A stretch of 63,818 nt of DNA, filler included, from Lenisia limosa (lineage: Eukaryota; Protista; Breviatea), in assembly GCA_001655205.1 (NCBI GenBank). It is 10 parts of 10 records of this genome, joined end to end, with 100 filler letters (N's around TTAATTAATTAA, not from the genome) between each part and the next. Parts side by side here need not be neighbours in the genome. Positions count along the whole stretch, not along the records: positions 24,948 to 40,156 come from LPNZ01011551.1; 9 more parts are not named here. One strand, 5' to 3'. Positions 25,243-36,472 of this stretch are shown one piece after another (position 1 is the stretch's first letter; every line of letters begins with the position of its first letter). The translations under genes were made by a program, and so were the position numbers. The notes beneath the pieces were generated by a model. It had not been told where the DNA came from. It searched no databases and saw nothing but the letters and a program-made list of their open reading frames with translations.

Positions 25243-25306
25243 CCATCTAGGGGTTCGAACCGGGGGGCTCAGAATTCATAACCCGACGCATGACCATTCC
25301 ACCTTC
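25243..25306 (-). other. Degenerate tRNA-like sequence (pseudo-tRNA or SINE head)
   Basis: Minus strand GGTGGAATGGTCATGCGTCGGGTTATGAATTCTGAGCCCCCCGGTTCGAACCCCTAG has an A-box-like TGGAATGG and a B-box GGTTCGAACC; stems are imperfect. Confidence 0.35.
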
Positions 25307-26324
25307 AAGAAAAATACACCCAAATCATATCGACCATCAACCAGTTGTTATTGACGGTATTATAGGCTCTTAAGAGAAGAGCAGTCAACATCCAAGTCAT
25401 GAAATACCAGAAAATACAACACTCAAGCACTATATNNNNNNNNNNCAAGCGATAAGACTGTCACAAAGTTGAAGGAAAAGAGGAAAAATAAATCCAAAAA
25501 GTAATTGTCAATATATTGTGCAAAAGTGAAGTGGTTGAGATTGAAATGGCCAAAGGGATAAAGGCATAACTCTTTTTGGGAGGGAAAACCAAAAAAAAAA
25601 GACACGGTTTCTGCGCAGCAGCATATTATCATGTTAAATGATTCCGATTTTACAGAATGTACATGTATTAAATGTATTGTATGAAAGCATAAAGCATATT
25701 ATATTGTATATCATATTTTATGATATAGTATATAGCTATATCGATATCAAAATATATAATATCATATCATACCTATAATAATTATATCCTTGACGGTATA
25801 GTGACCCCCCATGCCGAATTAGACGAACACGAACAAGGCCGTCTTGCCTGATACCCATGATCAAAGATCGAATCGTTATCTTTGTTCCTACTCAATACGT
25901 GGGGGGGTGTCTTTAGGTTATGAAAAAAAAAAGATAAAGCGCCCTTCATAATCATGTTTTGGGTTATTATATGTTGAAAACCACAAAAAATATANNNNNN
26001 NNNNACGTCTGAAAAGGGTCTTTCAAAAACTGGCGAAAAGGGGAGGAACTGATCTTTAGACTATTTTACGAAATTAGATTTTGAAAAAAAAAGTTAAAGC
26101 GCCCTTCATAATCATGTTTTGGGTTGTTATATGTTGAAAACCACAAAAAATATAACATCTCTGGCGAAAACCCCTGTTTTTCAAAAAGCTTGCGGTTATG
26201 TGAGTGTTCGCGGTTGTGTTAAGTTACCTATATAATTATATATAATATGATTTTTACATTTTTATTTCAAAAAGAACTGGGTGACCTTTCGGGGTAGTTC
26301 AAATCTATTGCGAACTGCACTTGC

Positions 26325-26395
26325 CATTTTGCAGTAATATTCCCTTTTTTTGAGTTGTCCCAGTCTTAACCCAATTGAGCATGCGAAGCAGACTC
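26325..26395 (+). pseudogene. Possible Tc1/mariner/IS630 DDE transposase C-terminal motif remnant
   Basis: SCPSLNPIEH resembles the family motif (Y/Q)SPDLNPIE(H/N); no intact ORF around it. Confidence 0.3.
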
Positions 26396-26787
26396 CAATT
26401 TTTGAAAAAAAAGTGTTAATAATAAAAAATCAACGTTTTTCCGGAGAATGGTTATATTTTGACTTTAAACGAGTGAAACTGCGAAAAGTTTTCAAAATAA
26501 AGCTTTTTGCCCATTGTTATGTCACGCATTGTACAGACACTATGATACATTATGTATATTATGTAGGTAGTGTTTAAAGTCGCGAACATGACTATAACCG
26601 CGAACAAGCCAAAAAAAAAAACCCGATACAAGCGCTTCATCAACACCTTTTGTTTTGGTTGGAATTTTTACAGCTTTATTCACTGACTGTATATTTTTTT
26701 TGTTTCCAAAAACTAACCAATGAAATCAGTTTTGTGGACTTCATTACAATGTTCTCATGTAGTTGTATTTTTCGATGAATATTTCAG

Positions 26788-26995
26788 GTTGGGGGGAGAA
26801 TGGCAGTTGCGACATGGATTCCTTTACAAGTGAATCTCTCATCATTTGATTTGGAGGTTTGGTCAGTGTAAATACGCGTTTTCATTTGGTTTTTATTATT
26901 ATATTTTTTAGGTCTCGGTTCTGTGGGGTAGAATTAAACATCCTAACATTGGAAACGTGCTTGGTGTCTGTTATAGATCGCTACCCGATGTTGGA
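26788..26995 (+). pseudogene. Degenerate TKL-type protein kinase fragment (subdomains II-IV)
   Basis: Two AG/GT-bounded exons join to ..SSFDLEVSVLWGRIKHPNIGNVLGVC, matching F..EV..L..L.HPNIV..LG.C; no catalytic motifs downstream. Confidence 0.4.
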
Positions 26996-28168
26996 AGGAG
27001 AGCATTTTTATTTTTATTTTATAGAATGGCTGGGCCCGAAGAAATAAGAGAAAAAGACGTTCATGGAAAACGGACAAACGCACTCACCCATACACCCCTT
27101 CTATATCCCCAGATTTTGTTGCCTTCTCAAATCGTGATACTGAAACAGGAAGACAGGTAATAATGGATTGTATTCGTTTAGTGTGTTCTATTACTTTGAC
27201 AATAACAGTGATACAACCTTGTTTTTGTTCTCATCTTTATTTACAATATGTTACGATCATTCAATCCGATTCAATCCGATTATGGGTGTTCTTTTTTGTA
27301 ACAGTCGGTCCCCAGGTATTCAAATACAGGTCAAAAATCTTCTTGTTTTTGGTATTTTATGTTTTTTTTTAGATTCTGGATAAGGTGACCTTTGTGACAT
27401 TTTTTATATATATTTTGACCCAAGTTCCAGAAAGCTTAAGATAACATCCGAAACCGAATTCCAGACACACCTAAAAAAAGTCGAAACAGATTTTTAAATA
27501 TCTTTAGTTGGCTCGAGATATAAAGCTCATTCTTGAATTTTCCTATTAGAGCAACCACTAAATACAAGGTGATTTAATACTTGACAATATTTCAGTGTTC
27601 AGATGGCACTTGGAAATTGATCCTAGAAGGTCTTCGAGAATATTTACAAGACGTCAAGTTCGCCATGATCTGCTTCTCCGAGATCCCTTACCACCGCCAT
27701 GATCTGCTTCTCCGAGATTCCTTACCACCGCACCCACAAGAAGAACGGCAAGAGGTTTACTCTTTGTCACCTCAAAGGCTTGTGCTCTCTCCTAGACAAA
27801 GTTCCATAACCACCTTAATATTTGTTGCTACAATAAATCAGAGGCAGGCACTTGGAGTCGGGTAAAGCTGAGAGCTGAAAGACTATCTACCGCTCAATTT
27901 GATCATAATTCTGCAGTACTGATGATTTCAAAAGTGGTCTGTTTTCTTTTATTATGCTGGATGTGGATTTCACAAAATTTCAACCAAACTTCATCATCAG
28001 ACAACAGTGAGCAGGTATACTACTCAGTTGCACAATTACATCATTCCTATTTATTTTATCTTTTGATAATTCATCTTTTCTGACAGTTGTTGAAAAATGA
28101 CCCCAGGAAGGTAGCGCCTTCCTATTTATAAAAACCAGAATGTTGATCGGCCTTATATGATATACATG

Positions 28169-28774
28169 TATGTGGGTCCTCAAAGCTCCGGATAGCATTC
28201 AAAATTCAACAGACACATCAAAACTCCCGGACAGCTTGAAGTTGACTCCTTTTATGGGTCAACGGTAGTGTTTAATACAAAACTGGTTCGACAGGTATAT
28301 AGAGAAAGAAAATGTTACCAATTTTTTTTTTAGTGTCAAAAATCCGTTAGCCCCTTTTGCCTTTTCACGGGATTTTTTTTCAAAATCTATCCCTCTTTTA
28401 GTGTTAAGAAACAAATATTTGTACCTCTCGGAGTAATAATTGGTTATGGATTCCCTTGCTTTGGCTATTTAATAGTGAATTTTGAGAGAAATATGTTCAA
28501 AATAGTGCTTTCCGGATAGTTGCTATTTATTTCTTGAATGTGGCCGATTATGACGGTTTTGGTTGTTTGTGGCAGTTTAAGGGCCGCAAACGGGTAGCCA
28601 AGTGACTTAATTTGGGTTTGAGCCAAGAATATGTAAAAATCGCATTCTCTCCTGTGATGTGACTGAAATTACTTTCGAAAATAACAAGAAAATGAAGTTT
28701 TTATACAAGCTGTCCGGGAGTTTTGATGTGTCAGGAGATTTTGAATGATGTCCGGCCGGAGCTTTGACTTTTTA
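28169..28774. mobile_element. Family D, second copy (inverted relative to 13247-13919)
   Basis: Same inverted repeats; internal segments such as CTCGGAGTAAT and CCGGATAGTTGC..TTGAATGTGGCC are reverse complements of copy 1. Confidence 0.85.
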
Positions 28775-29581
28775 AACAGTTTCTGATATTTTAATGAATG
28801 TGGTCTGTGGCTTAATATTTTCCTGACAGACGGGGTTTCTTTGACGTTCACTTTCAACTTCTCTCTCTTCGACTGACTTTTGGGTTCTAAATCTACAAAG
28901 AAAGCACAATCAAAATAAATGTGGACAACAAAAACAATGATGTTGTGGGCATTTGTCTTAAGATGCATCATAATTGTTTTTGTTTTTTTCGTTTTTGGTT
29001 CACAGGTGAAAGATATGCTGAAAATGAGATTTTATCTCAAAAAAGTAACACATTTTTTTTTGTTTGAAAATTTTTGGTTTTTATAGGGTCTAGCCAGCCT
29101 TGCATATATAAATCATATGTATAATATATATATTCCATGTGAAGGTTTATTTTATTATTGCAATTCACTCTGTAGAATTTGTTTCTTTGTGATTATCACG
29201 GATTGCCAACGTTATATGATGTTGTAAATGGAAGAACAACTCCTGACGGTTTATGCCCCCTGAATGTTTTGCAAATATTGCATGTATAAATTTGTTATAA
29301 CCTGGCTGGTTTTGAGGTGGCATCTGCGATGGCATTTCTTTTAAATTTAGATCCACCCATTTCCCATGGTCATTTAAAAGTTAGTTATATTATTTCTGAA
29401 CTCCCTAGTGTAAAAAGCTGCTTATTGATTTGGAGAGTGCTCAAAGACTCATCGTTATTCCTCTTGACATCATGTTGGTTTTAAGGTATATGTATATACC
29501 TTAACGTAGGCATATGGGGTGGGATGATCAGGTTCAGGGCGAACTTGGAAAGCTTCCAGGGAGAGGCGTTGNNNNNNNNNN

Positions 29582-31445
29582 TAATCTTTGAATATTCCTT
29601 CGATAATTTAAAATTCTTACATAGTTTACTTAATGAAGATGCTAAACATCTATAACTATCTCTGAAATTCAAATTCTGGATGCAATTTTCCTGCATTATG
29701 TGCATAAAGAATAATTTTGTTTTTTCTGTATTAACTCCCTCTCAATTTTAATTAGTTCCTTCATATCTGATACTTCAAATCCGATACTATCCATTTCACT
29801 CTCAATCTTTCTTTCTACAATATCAACATAATATTTTAAAGCTAAATATAACTACTTATGCATTGTATCTATACCATATTTGATTTTTAAGTTTTTCTAC
29901 GTCATCAATATTATAAAATTTGTCAAATGGAAGCATTAGAAGTCCACAATTATAGAGCTGCATATGTTTATTTTCATCTTGATAAGTTACAAAATCATAA
30001 ACACCAACATATGAACAATCTGGATTTGGTTCTTTAACTTTTTGAACTTCATTTAAACATAAATCAGTTTCTGGAAGTTGATAAGCAATTTTGTCTTGGA
30101 TAATAATATCAAAATCAGCCGTTTAAGTAGTTTTCTAATATCTATTACAAGAACATAACTAAAAGTAATTGAATTTCTTTTGAATATTCTTCACCATATA
30201 TAATTCTAGAATTTTGAAAATTATCACCTGAATTATCTACTACTATATTTAACCTCATCTTAATTTCTACTGAATAATAATCTAAAATCCTAAATATTTT
30301 GCTAATCCTGCCCCAATTTCTTCATTTACAACATAAGATCTTATTGTAATTGAATTAATTTTAAACTCACAATAACCAACATCAATTGTTTTTTCTTCAG
30401 CATGTTTTTTATAATTATAAGATAACATTCAGCGACTGCGTTATGAATCCACTTATTCGAATCACGTGTAAATGTTAACCCCTTAATAGCTGTTGATGTA
30501 TAATTAATTTTACTCAATAAAGTATGGTCAAATTTTGAATACATTTTTTTGATCCCATTAAAATTTTGGTGAGATTGAATTAGAGGATGCTCCAGCAATT
30601 GAAGAAAAAAGTAATCTAATATTCGAAAAAGGTGTTGTTACAATTATAAGACAAAAAGTCATAAACACATCGGTAAAGAAGCTACTTATGAAAGAAAACT
30701 TTTACCTAATTATTAAAGAGTTAATTCTTTTGATGCTAAATATTATCCAGATGCAAACACAAATGTGTTTTACAATTTTGAATTTCTCTTGTACTAATAA
30801 TTTTTTCAGTATTTTTAAATTGAGTAAAACTATTTAGTAAATCCTTTTTACTTCTATCACCTAATTTATACTTTTTAAGTAATTCTCAAGTTGAATAACA
30901 CTTATACTACTTATGTTATACTTATCCTTAATTTCTTCTAATGAATAGTTTCTAATATTTACATACAATTGAAAAATTTAAGTTACTCAACAGTAACAGA
31001 AATTGAGGGTTTTGTGTGATGGGGATATGGTTTTCTAAATACCTTTTTTTTGATGTTTTGTAAGTTTGTTGATGAATTCGGTATGTTTTAATTTTAATGT
31101 TGATTCAGACACCTCCAAGTATGTTCTCATATTTGAAAATAGTTTTAAATTCTTTATAATGTTTTTAAATTTTTGAATAACACTATCATCTCAAAACATA
31201 TTGTCGAAAGTGATTTTTGGCTCTTCTCCAATATATCTTTTAACAATTTCCTCTCGATTAAAATTCCTTTCCACATTTTTCTCCGTTAAATTTCTAAGTA
31301 ATTCAGATAAAGATATCTTTGAATATTGACGAGTCAAAGACCGATAAAGTGAAATGTTGAGATCTTCCGTTTTTTTTTTAAGTAAATATGTAAAAAAAGG
31401 TTTCCCAAACAGAACCAACCATGAGGCCGAGAAACCTGGATACAT
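29582..31445 (-). mobile_element. Decayed protein-primed family B DNA polymerase (Polinton/Maverick, virus or linear-plasmid type), N-terminal and exonuclease part
   Basis: Intronless, very AT-rich tract with broken long ORFs. Motifs VGVYDFVTYQDENKHMQLYNCG (~29950-30010, ExoI-like DFET), ILYAHNAGK (29686-29712, ExoII-like) and LNFRDSYRCLASSLSKLCKNF (~29600-29670, F.DS..L..SL.KL.K.F) occur in the expected order, with stops and frameshifts. Confidence 0.7.
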
Positions 31446-31509
31446 TTTGAAAGATCATGAAGAAGAAATCTGAAGATTTTAAACAACGAGATCTGTTTCA
31501 TTCGCCTAC

Positions 31510-33845
31510 TCTCGGAGGCGGATTCCATGCCCTTCAAGAGTTTGTGCTATCATTAGAGCCTTTTTGTCCGCTTCATCTTTAGTTTCCAGGAGTCGACGCG
31601 CAATATCCTGGGAAAACACAAATTTTTTCATCTAAAAGGTGCTATTATATGAAATTTTTTTTATTTGATATACACTACTAGTATACTATAACAAATAACA
31701 TATTATATCAGGGTGTAAATAATATATCATGATACAAACAGCATAAATCAACCAACAAGAATTGAACAGTGATGTTGAATGAGACACATCGCTAACCATC
31801 AGCACCAGAAGCCTCGTTAATGATTGGAAGAAGAGCGTCAACAGACTTGGCCAAGAAGTCAAAACTCCAAACAGTGGGTACGTGGGTCGACGTGCTCCTA
31901 ATAAGAGTTATCATCGCACAATTCCAAAGACGAAGAAACATTAGGGATACCTGTCAAATTAATTCTATAACACACAAGCAAACCTGGAGACCTCATGGAG
32001 GCGTGAGAGTGGAGTGGTCAAGGTGTTCAAAAACGCTTCAATTTGTTATTTTTGGGCCCACATTTCCTTCTTGCCAGCATTTAAAGATGCCTCGACTTTC
32101 GGGAGTTTACATAGCGGAAACAACTTTCTATAACTCGTTGCTATCGTTTGGTATGCTTTTCAAGCGAAATGGTCAAGATAGGCTAAAACCAGGGGGGTGT
32201 TCTAGACAACTCTCTCCGTTGTTTTTCCTGCTTGCTAGAATTTTGCTGATTGCTGAAGTGACGTGTTGGTTTGCCGGAGGCATGTTTTAGTTGTTGACCT
32301 GCTGTAGGCTACGGGGGAGGGGGTACTGGGTTCATGGTGAGATTAAAGGGTGTCACTGTGATACCTTTGAAATGTTGTCCATTTCTGACGCTTCAGACGC
32401 ATTGTGAGAGGAAAGCGGGCGGTTTGGTAGTCATTTGTGCCAGCAAATTTCCAGAAGAACTGACTCGGTGGGTGGGATGGGATATGGGGATTTTGATGAG
32501 GACTATGATGTAGTATCATTTTTGAAAAATATTGGAATATGAGTATTGTGGGGGGGGGGGGNNNNNNNNNNNNNNNNNNNNNNNNNNNNNNNNNNNNNNN
32601 NNNNNNNNNNNNNNNNNNNNNNNNNNNNNNNNNNNNNNNNNNNNNNNNNNNNNNNNGTCCAGCACCCTATCTAACACAACTATATCCTGACTTTGCAGTT
32701 GTGCAGCATACAGCAGTCTGAGAAGGAAAACATCAGCCGTGAAGGCTGCTTTGCTGCTAAGTGCGCGGGGGGGGGGATGAGAATGTGTGGGGTACAGTTG
32801 TAGGTAATGGAGGGTGTGATTTGAATTGTTGGATCTGACAGTTCTGATGGGACGATGTCGACAATACAGTGAGAATCTGAACGAAAGCCAGCTCTCTGCG
32901 TCTGTCCTCCAAGCCTTAATTGCTGATTTTTTGTGTCAACTCATCTCTTTAGATTGATGATATCTTTACTCTGTAGTTTTGTTCAGTTCTAGGTATGTAA
33001 GTTAATTCAATGTATTGTTGTACAGTACAATTTTAATTATTTCTTCTTTGTCTTCTTCGTGTTGCTTTTTTCTTCTTCCTTCTTCCTCCTTCCTTCTCCA
33101 TACTTCCGATTTCTCTAGGTTCATGTTCAGCCTTTTTCTTCTGCACCAATCAATGAACCTTCTCGCTCTTCTTGCAACTTCATCTTGGTTCTTCGCAAAA
33201 ATGAGTATGTCGTCGGCATACTTTAGCGTGATAAATCGCTCGTCTTCATCGGCTTCTTCTTCTCCATCCTTCTTCATCCAGTCTTTTAGGTCATCAGTGT
33301 ATACTGTGAAGAGTAATGGTGACATTACTCCCCCTTGCCTGACTCCTCTTTTCAGCTCCGGTCCAGTCTCTAACTACTCCGTCTTCTCCCATTACTCCTA
33401 TCTTTATTTCTTCCTTTTGGCATGTCATTGCCAGTATGGTATCCCTTCCATGTACGAATTAGAGCGAAAAAGTTGACAGCTTCCAGGGTATAAGGGACTA
33501 ATTATCCGTGAATATACCCGTCGGCGTTCAGGGAAGAGAAAAGGAGAAAATTGGTCTTCGTCACATAATGCTTCCATCAAAATTCTTTAAACAGTACACT
33601 GTATAAAATCCTTCAAAAAGGAAAACGAGAAGGGGCAAACGAGAAGCAAACCTGCATTCCCCAAGATCCTGAAATTCCCCGCAAAAACTTGTGCTGCCGT
33701 CTACGCGTTGCCAGGACTTGGAGCAGCAACACAACAGTAACAATAACAATTTAAACTTTGTTGACTTTGTTGAGAAACAGATGCCATCAATGAAAAAAAA
33801 TTGGGGATCCGGCCTCGAAAGTCGTGCGGAGGGTTTCCTGGGCAT
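31510..33845 (-). CDS. Poorly resolved multi-exon hypothetical gene or pseudogene interrupted by the LINE fragment
   Basis: AG/GT-bounded open segments, e.g. ATG 33845 (MPRKPSARLSRPD..), 32370-32465 (FFWKFAGTNDYQTARF..), 31510-31612 (DIARRLLETKDEADKK..*). Phases could not be fully reconciled. Confidence 0.25.
33040..33400 (-). mobile_element. Non-LTR retrotransposon (LINE) reverse transcriptase fragment
   Basis: GVRQGGVMSPLLFTVYTDDL..ITLKYADDILIFAKN..LNMNLEKSEV shows the RT motifs QG..SP.LF, YADD and L..N..KS; truncated at both ends. Confidence 0.88.
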
Positions 33846-34520
33846 GTAGAATAGTTTTATCTGGGGACCGGCCTGTCAAGTCTTTCTCAGCCTCTCTACT
33901 GCTGCTATTATTTGTTTTTTAAAATACTCTCATTAAATTTTAGCTGAGAGAATTGAGACACTTACAAAGTATGATTTCCCTTAGTTTTTGAATAATTTAT
34001 GAGTATCCAACCCCGTAAGTACATTTATTTAGAGATTTCAAGAACATGAACTTTCGAGAGGTGAGAACCACCATGGCATGACAATGGTGATCTTTTTATT
34101 TTGTGAAACTCTCTGATTTATATCCCAAGCCAATCTAATCGATGGGAGATGCTACCGTCTCTACTGTTTGTCTCCGACCATATATTTATCTTAAAACATA
34201 TTTAGTTTCATAAAATACCAATAAAAGCTACACTGCCAGTCGTATAATTTAGTGAACGATTGGACCTGAAAAGACTGTGCAGGTCACAACGTCAATAATA
34301 TTTCCTTTGACCAGCGCAATAAAGTTTTTTTGTCAATCGAGGAGCGGGAGATTGTGAAAATATACTCAACAGGTCAATATCCCCAGATATATAATATATT
34401 CTACTACCCCATGTTCTGGGGTTTCAAAAAAAATTTGTGAAAATTAGCCAAAGAAGAATAATTTTGAATGTATTTATTTGTTTAGTTTTGTGAGAGCTGC
34501 AAGAAAATTTTATAAATACA

Positions 34521-36061
34521 ATGTCACGTACGTTCACCAAATTAACAGTTTTGTTTCACCAAACAATTTAGGTCCTTTTCAAGCAGATGGAAAGGCTTCA
34601 GAGGTTGATATTTACTTTTACAATGTGACCCTAATTCCTTTTTTTAGGAACGGCTCACAAATGCCGAGATTGCAGCTTTTTATACCCCTGAGAGGATGGT
34701 CGGATCAGGTTGGAGTTATATGGCTTGATTAATGGGTTTCTGATGCGAAAGGGTAATTTTTATTTAGGTTCTTTTGGGGTGGTTTTTCAAGCAAGACACG
34801 TTGAAACTGGAGAGATTGTTGCAATCAAAAAAGTTTTACAAGATAAACGATACAAGGTCCGAAACTGCTTTTTTTTTTAGTGTTTATTTTCAGAATCGAG
34901 AACTGCAAATGATGAGACTTTTTGATCATTGTAATGTTGTTAAACTAAAACATTGCTTCTATTCTAACGGAGACAAGGTGAGACTTTCTTTGAAACAATT
35001 ATTGTTCTTCTCCACTCATCTTTTAGCGCCAGGGTGAGGTCTACTTAAATGTTGTGATGGAATTTGTTCCCGATTCAGTTTTCCGGGTGGTTCGACATTA
35101 CCACAGAAAAAAGCAGGCCATTCCTCTTCTCTTTGTGAAGGTTGAGTAAAAGATTTCTCATTCTGTAGCTCTACTCATATCAAATTTTTCGTGGACTTGC
35201 TTACATCCATTCACTTGGTGTTTGTCACAGAGATGTGAAACCTCAGAATATCATCGTTGACCCAAAGAGTGGCGTTTGTAAACTTTGTGATTTCGGATCG
35301 TATGTTCAATTGGTAGTGATTACTTTTCAGAGCAAAAATTCTTGTCAAAGGGGAACCAAATATTTCATATATTTGCTCTCGCTACTACCGTGCACCAGAA
35401 CTTATTTTTGGAGCAACAGACTATGATACTTCTATAGGTACGGTGACTGCTATTTTTACTTGTAGATGCCTGGTCCGCAGGTTGTGTCGTTGCAGAGTTA
35501 TTACTTGGGCATCCTATATTCCCTGGCGCTACTGGAGTAGACCAGCTTGTTGAAATAATCAAGGTAACATTCACCTATTTTTTCCTAATATTTTTAAGGT
35601 TTTGGGTACCCCAACTCTAGATGAAATGCAACAAATGAATAAGAATTACGAGTTTAAGTTTCCACTTATTAAGCCTCATCCATGGGAGAAGGTTTTCCGA
35701 AAAGGCACCCCAACAGAAGCACTTGGTAAACGTGGAAGCGTTTTTGTTATTTATTTTTTTTACATTTCAGACCTTCTTGCCAAAGTGTTAAGATATACTC
35801 CTCTTGACAGGCTAACTTGCTTGGAGGCGCTTGCGCATCCATTCTTTGATGACCTTAGAATAGCTTCCCTTGTACTCCCTAACAACCTCCCCCCTCCCCC
35901 TCTTTTCAATTTCACCCCTGAAGGTAATTGGGTTTTTACTTCCCTTCACAAATAGGTGGAAAGCCTTGTTGTTATCCTTTTTAGAACTTTCTTCAGCTTC
36001 ACCTGACCTTGTGGATAGGTTGCTTCCACCTCATACACGCTCTGCTTATGATGGTATGTGA
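34521..36061 (+). CDS. GSK3: Glycogen synthase kinase 3 / shaggy-like kinase, complete, 12 exons
   Basis: Spliced protein has [87 protein letters not shown] and HPFFDDLR; all introns are ~35-60 nt GT-AG. Confidence 0.97.
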
Positions 36062-36472
36062 TGGTGCTCTTAAGTTGTCTATTCATGCTTTAGAGTTATG
36101 TCGGAAGCAAAAGCGAACTCAACCCAAACAATCATAGCCTAGTCTCCCTCCACTTTCTTTACCTTTTTCTTATTTAGTTTTTAAGCATTGAATTGTTTTG
36201 GTTTGTGTGTATATTTATTTACTTGGTATTGTTCCAAACAGGTTGATACGGTAGACATTCAACTTGAAAGGAGGGGGGGCATTTCCTTCGTTGCAGATTT
36301 TGACAGCCACTGACGTACAGAACTTATCCTGAGTTGTCATCTTCTGAGTTGCTTTTTTATAACTCTAGTAACAAAGATGGATAGCTGTACCATAAAAATC
36401 AAAATAAGTTCAATAAATGAACATAAAAGCAAAATATATGTATTAGAGTCAATTGACTTGTTGTTGGGACGC

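Noticed and set aside
25932-26153. ~60-bp direct repeat spanning a small N gap
   Set aside because: Near-identical copies on both sides of a gap are most simply an overlap artefact; cannot be supported as LTR-like.
27581-27865. DGTWK motif (MULE-like DGTFK) and a 34-bp tandem duplication at 27661-27728
   Set aside because: A single short motif without other MULE features; insufficient to call a transposase or to tie the duplication to a splice site.
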